From a virus (taxonomy: Duplodnaviria > Caudoviricetes), in IMG/VR virus record IMGVR_UViG_3300030332_000436, positions 1-29,100 of that record: 29,100 bases of DNA; one strand, given 5' to 3'. Position 1 is the first letter of the stretch; each line of letters starts with the position of its first letter. Below, piece after piece: positions 1-8,454 of this stretch. The notes beneath the pieces were generated by a model that was given only the letters and a program-made list of their open reading frames with translations, did no database searches and was not told the DNA's origin. The position numbers were made by a program, and so were the translations under genes.

Positions 1-68
1 CCAACCTTCTTCTCGTTATCATATCTTTCACCTATAGGTTTTATAATAAAATCAAATAAACTCCTCAT
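1..68 (-). CDS. N-terminus of a probable GroES-like co-chaperonin (runs off window edge)
   Basis: ATG at 68 overlaps the TGA of the upstream gene (TGATG). Reads MRSLFDFIIKPIGERYDNEKKVG with no stop to the edge, resembling GroES-like N-termini (xxKPxGxR) recalled from marine Bacteroidota phages. Not in the ORF track. Confidence 0.5.
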   Translation of the reverse strand, partial: MRSLFDFIIKPIGERYDNEKKV

Positions 69-292
69 CAATATTCTAAATCATATTCGACTGATATCGC
101 CATATTAGAGTTAAACTTTTTCCATGGAAGTATCTCTTCGTTCTTAGTTATAAAAATGTTATATGAGTTATCGTTACCTTCAAATATTATATTTGAAATC
201 TCATGTCCACCATACACTTGCTGACCCACCGCGTAGTGCATAGCATCATTCTTATAATCAGCTCCAATACTTATTTTCCTTATATTAGACAT
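68..292 (-). CDS. Conserved phage hypothetical protein (74 aa, MSNIRKISIGADYKNDAMHYAVGQ...)
   Basis: ORF track 68..319. The ATG at 292 overlaps the stop of the upstream ORF and is the more likely start. Confidence 0.75.
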   Translation of the reverse strand: MSNIRKISIGADYKNDAMHYAVGQQVYGGHEISNIIFEGNDNSYNIFITKNEEILPWKKFNSNMAISVEYDLEY

Positions 293-536
293 CACTTTCA
301 ACTTTTTCTGGTTCTTCAATAGCTGTATAAGTACCGTCTTCTATATTTATATTTACAGGTCCATATTCATTTTCTAGTTGAGTTCTTAATTCTTCAACAT
401 CCATATTGATACCTGCAAACTTATGTAATAACCCATGCTTTTGAGTTTCTAATAAACCTACTTCATGTAGTATGTCATTTAATTCTTTCTGTTGTCCTTG
501 AATTTTACTTAATTGTTCTTCTTTAATTTTATTCAT
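285..536 (-). CDS. Hypothetical coiled-coil phage protein (83 aa)
   Basis: ORF with heptad-rich N-terminal half, AT-rich leader, coupled to the next gene. Confidence 0.75.
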   Translation of the reverse strand: MNKIKEEQLSKIQGQQKELNDILHEVGLLETQKHGLLHKFAGINMDVEELRTQLENEYGPVNINIEDGTYTAIEEPEKVESDV

Positions 537-558
537 TTAATTAAATTTTAATTATTAT

Positions 559-813
559 TTATACTGGTATAGGCTCGCTCCATTCTGGTGTTGCCATTAA
601 TTCTAAAATTGCGTGATGATCATACGTATCAATAGCTACAACTGATCCATCCGTAATGAAAGTTGGTACATATCCATCTTCCCATTTTATAACGAACTGC
701 GTATCGTCTAAAGACTTTCTAATCGTGCTTACTGAAGTTTCACCAACTTGAGCAAAATCTATTAATCCAACATCTGTCAGATTTATAGTGGCGTATGTTC
801 TTGTATTGTGCAT
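559..813 (-). CDS. Small hypothetical protein following the LamG gene (possible fibre-associated or chaperone protein)
   Basis: 84-aa ORF immediately downstream of the LamG protein. Function inferred from position only. Confidence 0.65.
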   Translation of the reverse strand: MHNTRTYATINLTDVGLIDFAQVGETSVSTIRKSLDDTQFVIKWEDGYVPTFITDGSVVAIDTYDHHAILELMATPEWSEPIPV

Positions 814-829
814 TTTATATATTTTTTAA

Positions 830-2557
830 TTAAGGTGTTTCTTCTTCCCTGTCGGCTTCAACCATATTTAAACTGACTGCGTTCGAGGTGCTATTTGGCG
901 CATCTCCTATCCTATCTTCTATTGTCATATTAGCACTTGTTCCTGTATTTGAATTAGGAGAACTATCTGGAACAGTCCAGTTAGTGCTAAATGTAGCTTC
1001 TTCGCCAAGTTTCCAATAGGCAACTAAATCACTATCTCCTGAAACATCAATCGGCTCTGTGCCATCACTTACATCTGCAACAACTTTGACCGCATCGAAT
1101 ACTGAAACTTCATCTATGTTTCCTTCAAAAAACCAACCACCACCAGCCGTCAAACTACCTATTGCAGGTTCAACACTTGCAGTACTTCTTGTTCCTGTGC
1201 TTCCAGCAGTTGCTTGAAATAGTGTTCCATCAACATATAATTTTAATCCGTTTGCGTCTGTTGTACCGTCAAATGTTAACATAACGTGATGCCAATTACC
1301 ATCATTTGGAGTTATCCCCGTTGAGTTTATGGCTGTGCTTGAGCCATCAGTATGAAATATTCCTGCCCTGAAATAATTATACCCTGTGCCTCTCCAATAT
1401 AACAACCAATTTCTGTCTGCTCCACCTGCTGCATCTTCACAAGTTATCATTCGTATATTTGTACCACCACCACCAGTATCTGTAACAGGTATTTTAACCC
1501 AAGCAGAAACACTAATAGCAGTTGTAATTCCCATAGATGCTGTTCCTATATCAATAGTATCGTCAACACCATCAAAAACCATTGAATAGTTACTAACATT
1601 ATCTTTATTAGCTTCAATAGGTAATAACCATTGTGTTGATTTAAACGAACCATTTTCACCCATTCGCCACCATCCCACAGGACTTAAACTTGTTAAATCA
1701 GATGGTGTACCTGAGTTATAAATGGTTACTGCGTTACCTGACTGATCGCTATCAAAAAGCGCTACCTCATCAATGTTGCCATCAAACCAATAACGACCAG
1801 CACCATAATCGTCATTTCCTATACTTATTTTATCATAATCTGTGAAATCATCAGAAGTCGTATCTGTTTTAGTTACTTGAGCACTTGCACCATCTAAATA
1901 TAAATTAATGTCTTTAGTTGTTCCGTTTCTTGTAAATAAAACATTTGTCCAAGTATCAGCACTAATATATCCATCAGGAGTATTTATAGTATTACCAGCA
2001 TAAAAATTACTACTATTATCTCTTAAATAATAAGCAAATCTTATATTACCACCAGACTGTGTAGTATAAAACCAAATTAATGATGTGCCTCGCATTGAAA
2101 AAATATAATTAGTTGTACTCGCACTTGAAGTTTTTATCCATACTGAAAACGAAAAATCATCTGAAGCTGTAAATAAAAAAGGTCCACTTCCTGAAGCGCC
2201 ATCATATACTGATACGAAATCGTCAACACCATCAAAATTAATTGAATAAGTATTGGCAAATGACGCAGTAATTTCAACGCTTTGAGTACAGGCTTTTCCA
2301 CGTACAGTATAAGTAATAACATAAGTATTAACTGCACTTGCACTTAAATCTATTTCGCCCGTATCTGCATTGATAACAATTCCCGCAGTAGAAGTAAAAG
2401 TACCACCACTTGTTCCCGTTACTGTTGGCGTTGGGTCTGGGTCTGCATCTGTATAACTTGCAGCCGAATAACTAAAGGCACAACTTACAGCTTGAGTACC
2501 GCCTACTGGTATTCTAAAAAAACCTTTCTTTTTATTTGGATTAAATAGTATTGGCAT
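830..2557 (-). CDS. Virion protein with N-terminal Ig-like segment and two LamG/concanavalin-A-like domains (candidate receptor or glycan-binding protein)
   Basis: Two repeats of the LamG pattern: FDGVDD...S(V)SxW(I/V)K...W(T/H)(N/H)V...LY(L/V)DG...F(D/E)GNIDEV. T/S/G-rich. Confidence 0.85.
   Translation of the reverse strand: MPILFNPNKKKGFFRIPVGGTQAVSCAFSYSAASYTDADPDPTPTVTGTSGGTFTSTAGIVINADTGEIDLSASAVNTYVITYTVRGKACTQSVEITASFANTYSINFDGVDDFVSVYDGASGSGPFLFTASDDFSFSVWIKTSSASTTNYIFSMRGTSLIWFYTTQSGGNIRFAYYLRDNSSNFYAGNTINTPDGYISADTWTNVLFTRNGTTKDINLYLDGASAQVTKTDTTSDDFTDYDKISIGNDDYGAGRYWFDGNIDEVALFDSDQSGNAVTIYNSGTPSDLTSLSPVGWWRMGENGSFKSTQWLLPIEANKDNVSNYSMVFDGVDDTIDIGTASMGITTAISVSAWVKIPVTDTGGGGTNIRMITCEDAAGGADRNWLLYWRGTGYNYFRAGIFHTDGSSTAINSTGITPNDGNWHHVMLTFDGTTDANGLKLYVDGTLFQATAGSTGTRSTASVEPAIGSLTAGGGWFFEGNIDEVSVFDAVKVVADVSDGTEPIDVSGDSDLVAYWKLGEEATFSTNWTVPDSSPNSNTGTSANMTIEDRIGDAPNSTSNAVSLNMVEADREEETP
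1559..2248. repeat. Direct repeat pair at the start of each LamG domain (1559-1588 and 2219-2248)
   Basis: atcgtcaacaccatcaaaa is identical (19 bp), followed after 3 nt by attgaata in both copies. 27/30 identical, 660 bp apart. Confidence 0.85.
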
Positions 2558-2562
2558 ATCTT

Positions 2563-3033
2563 TTAAGTTATAGGTAAATTACAATCAGAATATTTAAACG
2601 GTATCTTCAGTCCTAAGCCCATACCCCAGCCCGTTACGTCATCTTCAAAGCGTTCCGTGAACGAAGTTAAATTACCAGCTCTTACGAGTTGTATCTTAGT
2701 CCAATCTACGTTATTTGTAGTAGTATTAAACTTCTGTTCTAAGTATCCTAATAAGTCTAATAGTACTTGTATCATATCACTTTTAACATCGTTTTCGTTA
2801 TCTTCATTTTTATTAACTAAGTCCATAGTTAATATTTGAAAGTTCCAAGTAAACGTACCATCACCCATCGTTGCTGGTTGATCTGCAACCCACAACAAAG
2901 GATAGTTAAAGTCAAGTAGCTGATTTCTTTCGGCAATTTCCCAGAGATCGCCATTTCCAAATGTTTCAATTTGCTTATGTGCATCAGCAAAGTCATTAAA
3001 TTCTTTTATAATTTGGTTGTAAGTAATTACCAT
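2563..3033 (-). CDS. Putative tail terminator / tail completion protein
   Basis: 156 aa, last of the connector genes. YPLLW and FTERF.D...GW motifs typical of this position in Bacteroidota siphoviruses (recalled, not searched). Confidence 0.55.
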   Translation of the reverse strand: MVITYNQIIKEFNDFADAHKQIETFGNGDLWEIAERNQLLDFNYPLLWVADQPATMGDGTFTWNFQILTMDLVNKNEDNENDVKSDMIQVLLDLLGYLEQKFNTTTNNVDWTKIQLVRAGNLTSFTERFEDDVTGWGMGLGLKIPFKYSDCNLPIT

Positions 3034-3036
3034 TTA

Positions 3037-3588
3037 TTAACAATCTTTATAATAGTTATATTCATCCCACCAACAGTTTAACGATTTGCCACTACCTAAA
3101 TAAAAGCCTTCTTCATAAGCAGTTTTACGTGGGTTTAGATCATCACTAGCAGTAGTGTACTCAGGATATAAAGCACTGTTATCCATTAAGTAATTAATTA
3201 ATCTTTTATCCCTTTCTTCAGCTTTGTTTTTCCAGTCATCTCTTAAAAATTGCAAGTCCCTATAATCAATGGGTGTACTATTTTCACTGTTCTTAGTGCT
3301 AACACTTTTATTCCTATACTTAAATAACATAGATACTGAACATTCATAAAGCGTATGTTGTAACATACTAGGCGCTATGTAATCATCTAATAAAGTAACC
3401 TCATCAGCGTTCAAAGTTCCAGCAGTTATCTTAGTTTTCAATGCTGAGTACAAAGGCGAACCGAGAATCGGGTGCAAAAATAACTCCTGTGCATCGCGAA
3501 TTGCTGGGAGGATTAGCCTCATATCAACATTTGAATCTATTATAGAATTATTCTTTACGTATGTTTCACTTATAAATAATACTGCCAT
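3037..3588 (-). CDS. Putative head-tail adaptor/connector protein
   Basis: 183 aa, helical, directly after the portal. Motif AQ...L.PILG..LY..L. Confidence 0.6.
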   Translation of the reverse strand: MAVLFISETYVKNNSIIDSNVDMRLILPAIRDAQELFLHPILGSPLYSALKTKITAGTLNADEVTLLDDYIAPSMLQHTLYECSVSMLFKYRNKSVSTKNSENSTPIDYRDLQFLRDDWKNKAEERDKRLINYLMDNSALYPEYTTASDDLNPRKTAYEEGFYLGSGKSLNCWWDEYNYYKDC

Positions 3589-3593
3589 AACTT

Positions 3594-5582
3594 TTATTTT
3601 TTCTTAGCTCTAACTAATTTCTGTTCAAATACGTGTCTGCAATACGGGGTGGTTCTGTCTGTTTGTGGGTTGTGATACCATCCACCACGCTTTGTAAATA
3701 TGTCTATTCCTGTCTGACCAAAGCCATTAACTAACATCTCTAACTGCGATAATGTATATACTCTGCCCTGTGCTGCTAAAGACATCATTTTTCTACAAAA
3801 GGCTCTACTACCACTTTTAGCATTAGGTACTCCTTTGCGTTTTACATATTCATATACTATAAACAATTTTTCTGCTGGTTCTTGTATTGACTCTTTACCT
3901 TCCTGAGTTGGTGTAAAGTTCTTATCTAAAGCCCCAGCATCCTGTAAGTTTGCTATTGCATTATTAACATCTTCAATAGGTAATTCTAAAGCCTTAACAA
4001 TCTCAGTAACAGGCAACTTAGGATTTCCTTTTAGCATACTTAAAATACTTTTTTCAGTATCATTTAAAACTCTATCAAGTGTAAAGCTGTAATCCGTTAG
4101 TATATCGCCTTCGTATTTCTTTGCATCATCTAAGCTAGTTATTTCATTTTGAAAGCTATCTATAACTTCATAATCGTTAAGATCATAGCCCGTTTCATTA
4201 AGTTGCAGAAATAACATTTCATCTTCTAAGTCATTAAATTCCCTTTTCAATGTTTCAGTAGTTTTAACAACACCACCACTTAATCCAATAAGCCCCCGTA
4301 TTTCTTCAGCGTTCATAGTGTCTAATACTTTAGTAGCTACTAACGGGCTTAATAAACCGATAGCTTCAGCAACTTTATTAACTTCAATATCTGAAGGTGG
4401 CAGCCCAATTTTTTCACGTACTTCTTCGGCTGTCATTACTCCTAAAATAGCTGCTTCAGTTAGTCCACGTTCAACAGGCTCTATCTTTAATAAGTGTATA
4501 GCCTTAGGCAATCCATTGTAATTAAGTATCATATTAAACAACTCGTCAAATACTCTACGTTCAGGATTAATTTGGAGGCTTTCATATAATTGACTTGCCA
4601 CCGAAATTTCATCGGCATTGTTGCCTAAAGAACTACCACTATCATTTAAGCCCATTAATTTTGGGCTAGTAATTCCGTGAGCTGTAAATATTTCTTCTCT
4701 TATTTGTGTATTAAGTTGTATGAACCGATCGTCCTGTCCATTCGTGGGGATGGGCAAGATTTCAGGTCCTGGTGCGTCAGCGTCATTAAAACTGAGCAAA
4801 GGGCTACCAGCTCGACCTTCGCCAGTTGCATAGTCTTTAAAACGCCTTTCGATGTCTGCCATCTGCTCGGGTTCGCATTGACCATTCCGAAACGATATGA
4901 GATAGCCCGAACTTAAATTGTTTTTAATATTGTTTAATGTAAATGTGCTTATGCTTATATCACTTTCTAAGTAATTAATAGCACTTACATAATCAGGCAA
5001 AGGATAAACACCAAGATCAGGTCTATACTCTTTATAGTAAATTAAATAGTTTTCATTTGCACTTAGTTTTTCTTCAAAAGTAAACGCTTTAAATTCCGTG
5101 AAATCTTCGTTACTTTCTGGGCTTCGTGCCTTCCAATCATCAGTATAATAATATACATCTTCATCTACACCAACACGAACATCTGAAAAGTCAATGTGAT
5201 CTACTGAAGCAATAGCACCTAAGTTGTTTAATCTTACTTGCATAGTAAAACCGCCATATACCTTCTTATCTTTTGCCAACTTACCTAACAGTTCATCCAT
5301 TGTATCGGTGTCGTTAGGATGCCTTAAAAAGCCTTCTATCGCTGCCCTTTGTTGTAGCTCTATATCGTTAGCAACTGCAAAGCCCTGACCTACGATGTAT
5401 TTAACTTTAGAGTTAATTATCTGGGCGTGTTTACTGCTCTTATCATAAAGGTATGTTAAGTAATCAGGATAGGTATTTTTATAAGGTCTATCAGTGCCGT
5501 ATTCGTACCAATTTCCCTTGCGGCTTTCTTTGAACTTTGGTAGCTCATACTGATTAAAATTTATTTGTAATAGTTGATACAT
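3594..5582 (-). CDS. Portal protein with C-terminal winged-HTH and Cys/His-containing extension
   Basis: Portal-like core (YPLPDYVSA..., NN..NNLSSG, IFTAHGITSPKLMG, MTAEEVREKIGL), followed by a wHTH-like segment and an SRAFC...RGG...CRH motif. Confidence 0.8.
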   Translation of the reverse strand: MYQLLQINFNQYELPKFKESRKGNWYEYGTDRPYKNTYPDYLTYLYDKSSKHAQIINSKVKYIVGQGFAVANDIELQQRAAIEGFLRHPNDTDTMDELLGKLAKDKKVYGGFTMQVRLNNLGAIASVDHIDFSDVRVGVDEDVYYYTDDWKARSPESNEDFTEFKAFTFEEKLSANENYLIYYKEYRPDLGVYPLPDYVSAINYLESDISISTFTLNNIKNNLSSGYLISFRNGQCEPEQMADIERRFKDYATGEGRAGSPLLSFNDADAPGPEILPIPTNGQDDRFIQLNTQIREEIFTAHGITSPKLMGLNDSGSSLGNNADEISVASQLYESLQINPERRVFDELFNMILNYNGLPKAIHLLKIEPVERGLTEAAILGVMTAEEVREKIGLPPSDIEVNKVAEAIGLLSPLVATKVLDTMNAEEIRGLIGLSGGVVKTTETLKREFNDLEDEMLFLQLNETGYDLNDYEVIDSFQNEITSLDDAKKYEGDILTDYSFTLDRVLNDTEKSILSMLKGNPKLPVTEIVKALELPIEDVNNAIANLQDAGALDKNFTPTQEGKESIQEPAEKLFIVYEYVKRKGVPNAKSGSRAFCRKMMSLAAQGRVYTLSQLEMLVNGFGQTGIDIFTKRGGWYHNPQTDRTTPYCRHVFEQKLVRAKKK

Positions 5583-5583
5583 A

Positions 5584-5985
5584 TTAACTAGGATTATATA
5601 CTACATTAGTTGTTGGTAATACAGTATGTTGTGTAAAGTCTGGCGTTTCAGTACTATCTAATAATTTCATTTTACCTTCTTCTACTAAGTTCGATGATAG
5701 ATCAGGGTCTAAGTTTGTACTACTTGCCTGTTCATAAACTTTATAAGTATAGTAGCCACCCTTGCCTAAAATTAGCTTACCATTTAAAGCATCATCTACA
5801 CCTTCAACAAAACTAAATTCATCATATCTTTTTTTGTTCGTACTTGTATCAGCAATAATAGTATAATAACTAATTTTCGTTTGTGCTGAAGTAAAGACAA
5901 ATAAATAATAAGGGTCTACTAATACTGAAAGTTCGTAAAGCGTTGCAACGAAACTTGTAGTACTATTCTTGTTCAGTATTATCAT
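5584..5985 (-). CDS. Virion structural protein (possible head-closure/stopper), 133 aa
   Basis: ORF track 5584..6021. ATG at 5985 (MIILNKN...) is the more plausible start because the upstream part overlaps another ORF. Beta-rich, with GYYTYKVYEQ.S.TNLDP. Confidence 0.65.
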   Translation of the reverse strand: MIILNKNSTTSFVATLYELSVLVDPYYLFVFTSAQTKISYYTIIADTSTNKKRYDEFSFVEGVDDALNGKLILGKGGYYTYKVYEQASSTNLDPDLSSNLVEEGKMKLLDSTETPDFTQHTVLPTTNVVYNPS

Positions 5986-6115
5986 CAGCTTTTTTACTTT
6001 TTTTAGCAAATACGTCAGCACCTAGTTTTTTTAAAATAGCTTTGTTTTCGTCTTTTATAACGATTTTAAAGCCTTTTCCGTGCCAAGTTTGACCAATTAA
6101 ACCTTTTTTAAACAT
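5963..6115 (-). CDS. Small basic hypothetical protein (50 aa, MFKKGLIGQTWHGKGFKIVIKDENKAILKKLGADVFAKKSKKADDNTEQE)
   Basis: Translated by hand. Fills the gap between the terminator/promoter motif and the next gene. Below the ORF track cutoff. Confidence 0.7.
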   Translation of the reverse strand: MFKKGLIGQTWHGKGFKIVIKDENKAILKKLGADVFAKKSKKADDNTEQE

Positions 6116-6130
6116 AATTTCCGTTTATTA

Positions 6131-6163
6131 ATATATGTGAAAAAAATAACTTATTAAAAAAAA
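6131..6163 (-). promoter_or_regulatory. Putative phage late promoter motif, copy 1 (T8-AATAAGTTA-N4-TTTCACATATAT)
   Basis: 30/33 identical to 8419-8451, intergenic, 15 nt upstream of an ATG. Confidence 0.6.
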
Positions 6164-6187
6164 AGGGATACTTTAATAGCATCCCTT
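6156..6187 (-). terminator. Intrinsic terminator after the major tail gene
   Basis: Minus strand AAGGGAUGC-UAUUAAA-GUAUCCCUU followed by a U-run. Confidence 0.8.
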
Positions 6188-6213
6188 AACTTATATATGT
6201 AGAAAGTAGAAGT

Positions 6214-6729
6214 TTATACATCAATAGTCAAAGTAGCAATCGTTGCAGCAGATACCTCGAAAGGCGTTTCCGCTTCTTTTGCCATTAGCTCAATATCGTA
6301 GCCCGAGCGATCACCGAAGCTCGTGCCAGTATTAGCTACCATAGACTGACCTTCAGCATAAGACTGAAAACCAAGTCCCCAATATACACCGTTATTATCT
6401 TTAGCAATAACTGCTAAACGACCTAGTACCATAAGTCTAAGTTCGTTGCTTTTTACTGCACTAAATTTATTAATTGAAAAAGCTACAACGCCTTCGCTAA
6501 ATCTAGTTCCATTAGCTGGGTCTATTGTAGTAGTAGCTACAATGCTACCCACTTCTTTTTTAAGTTCGTATTTGTACCACGTTGCACCACCATCTGTGAT
6601 AGCTGTTACTTCGTGTCCTGATTCTGTATAGGATGTAATTGAGTCCCTAGATAGAAGATAAATTTCTTCGATTCCACCAACACTATCACTGCAATCCCTT
6701 TCAAAACCTGCTGCTAAATTACAAGGCAT
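6214..6729 (-). CDS. Major tail (tube) protein
   Basis: 171 aa after the capsid gene. C..S.GGI..IY N-terminus, D.NG.YW..G and TG...GD.SGY motifs typical of Bacteroidota phage tail tube proteins. Confidence 0.7.
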   Translation of the reverse strand: MPCNLAAGFERDCSDSVGGIEEIYLLSRDSITSYTESGHEVTAITDGGATWYKYELKKEVGSIVATTTIDPANGTRFSEGVVAFSINKFSAVKSNELRLMVLGRLAVIAKDNNGVYWGLGFQSYAEGQSMVANTGTSFGDRSGYDIELMAKEAETPFEVSAATIATLTIDV

Positions 6730-6743
6730 AATTTTATAGTTTT

Positions 6744-6767
6744 AAAAAGAGGGCTATTACACCCTCT
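6744..6767 (-). terminator. Probable (leaky) terminator between capsid and tail tube genes
   Basis: Minus strand AGAGGGU-GUAAUA-GCCCUCU followed by UUUU. Confidence 0.6.
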
Positions 6768-6778
6768 AAAAGTTAATA

Positions 6779-7732
6779 TTATACTAAAGCAAATCTAACG
6801 ATTTCATCAGGGAAAGCGACATTTAGTCCTCTGCGAAATGCTATGGTAACCTTATATATACGATCATTTGGGTCATACCAGGACCTAACATCTGTGCTTT
6901 CTTCTTCTGGAAGATCAACACCGATATGTACGTTTGATGCTCTCATTATGTAAATGTTGTTAGTAGTACCACCACCGATAGTAGTCATACCTGGATCGCT
7001 TACAACCTCAATATTTGGAAAACCTATTAAAGGCATAGAATAAAACTGTCCTTCACTTACATAATGAAAGTAGTTACCATCTGCAATCGCTCTTTGATAT
7101 AACAAGAACTGTGCTGGTGCGCAATACAATTTTAAATCATCTGAACCAGCAATATTTACAGGCATCAATTCTGCCATACCTAAAAAGATATCAATAATAG
7201 TTGCAGCAGTATATCCTGTTCCAACTGTAATTCCAGTAGGGTTTCCGTTTACTGCTGTTCCAGCAGCTAAAATTTGTTTGTCTAATCCATCGTACTGAGA
7301 TAACTGAGCCGATCCTGAAGCAGTATCGCCTTGCCAATCGGCAATAGCAATAGACTCCTGAATTTTTTTAACCTTCAAACTGAAATACAATTCTGCAAAA
7401 GGAATTTCTTCTTTTTCGTTTGTAAGTCCTTGCTTTAACATAACGCTTTCATACGTGGCTGCTAAATCGGTCATACATAAATCTTCGTGTACTGCAACTT
7501 TTCCTGGCGTTATTGTACGCTGTGTTAAAGTAGTAGTACCATCAGCACTTCTAGCACACCCATCGGTTTGAAAGACTACATCGGTCGAAAGAATATTAAT
7601 AGTTGTAGGACCTTTTACTCCTGTTTGAATTTGTGAGTATCTGGGCAACTGCCCTTCTGCAACTGAAGCTACAATCAGTTCCATAGCGTTCTGCTCTGTG
7701 TACGCTGGTAATGCACTTACGTCAAATGCCAT
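6779..7732 (-). CDS. Major capsid protein (HK97 fold)
   Basis: 317 aa after protease and scaffold. WQGDT...(Y/F)DG motif, C-terminal G.NVAFPDEIV, followed by a terminator. Confidence 0.8.
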   Translation of the reverse strand: MAFDVSALPAYTEQNAMELIVASVAEGQLPRYSQIQTGVKGPTTINILSTDVVFQTDGCARSADGTTTLTQRTITPGKVAVHEDLCMTDLAATYESVMLKQGLTNEKEEIPFAELYFSLKVKKIQESIAIADWQGDTASGSAQLSQYDGLDKQILAAGTAVNGNPTGITVGTGYTAATIIDIFLGMAELMPVNIAGSDDLKLYCAPAQFLLYQRAIADGNYFHYVSEGQFYSMPLIGFPNIEVVSDPGMTTIGGGTTNNIYIMRASNVHIGVDLPEEESTDVRSWYDPNDRIYKVTIAFRRGLNVAFPDEIVRFALV

Positions 7733-7744
7733 AGTTTTAAATTT

Positions 7745-8398
7745 TTAATTAATAATTTTTTTATCTTTTAAGTAAGAGATAACATCTCTCTTGTTTTTCT
7801 TCAAATGTGAAAAGCCACTATTACTTTTCTTAGCTGTTTTCGTTGCTGGGTCTGAAGCAATCTGCTCAGTAATTTCTACTAAACTTTTAAACGCTTCTTT
7901 TAAAGCTACAATATCAGCATTGATCTTATTAGTTTCTTTTTCACTTGCAAAGTGTTTTTCTGTAATAATACTTTCAATAATTTTCTTTGCCTCTTTACGT
8001 TGTTCAGGGCTAAAAGTAGGTTGCTCTTTTGCAATCACTTCTTCTTCTACAACTTCTTCGGCTGGGGCTTCTTCAATTTCTTCTAACTCAGGTTCTGCAA
8101 CCGCTACTATTACGCCATCTTCAACCGATACAACCCTACCATCAGCAAGTTCATAATCGCCTGTCGGTGCTGGTACTAAAGCATCATCTACTAAAATAAC
8201 CATAGCTGCCCCGAGAGATACATCAGGCTCGACCTGTGCGATACTCCCATCTGCTAAAGTAACATCTTCGAACTTTTCTTCTACTATTTCAGTAGGTTCT
8301 GGTGTTGGCTCTGTTGTAGTTTCCTTTGTTTCTACATCAACGCCTTCCGTTTTAAAAACATTTTTAATGTCTTGAAATAATTGTTTTACGTTATCCAT
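7745..8398 (-). CDS. Capsid scaffolding protein
   Basis: Acidic 217 aa with AP.GDYELADGR...VEDG repeat-type motif and a C-terminal coiled coil, between protease and MCP. Confidence 0.7.
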   Translation of the reverse strand: MDNVKQLFQDIKNVFKTEGVDVETKETTTEPTPEPTEIVEEKFEDVTLADGSIAQVEPDVSLGAAMVILVDDALVPAPTGDYELADGRVVSVEDGVIVAVAEPELEEIEEAPAEEVVEEEVIAKEQPTFSPEQRKEAKKIIESIITEKHFASEKETNKINADIVALKEAFKSLVEITEQIASDPATKTAKKSNSGFSHLKKNKRDVISYLKDKKIIN

Positions 8399-8418
8399 AA
8401 CTTTAAAGTCTTTATTAT

Positions 8419-8451
8419 ATATATGTGAAATATTTAACTTATTAAAAAAAA
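8419..8451 (-). promoter_or_regulatory. Putative phage late promoter motif, copy 2
   Basis: Near-identical to 6131-6163, 20 nt upstream of the scaffold ATG. Confidence 0.6.
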
Positions 8452-8454
8452 GTT

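Noticed and set aside
830-2557. LamG internal repeat as a diversity-generating retroelement TR/VR pair
   Set aside because: The match is only about 30 bp, mismatches are not adenine-specific, and there is no reverse transcriptase in the window.
2134-4885. Nested minus-strand ORFs 2134-2343 and 4700-4885
   Set aside because: These are alternative frames inside the LamG and portal genes with no motif or start-context support.
7803-7812. TTTCACATTT inside the scaffold gene as a fourth late promoter
   Set aside because: It is a partial core match only, lies in coding sequence and lacks the upstream T-rich/AATAAGTTA element.
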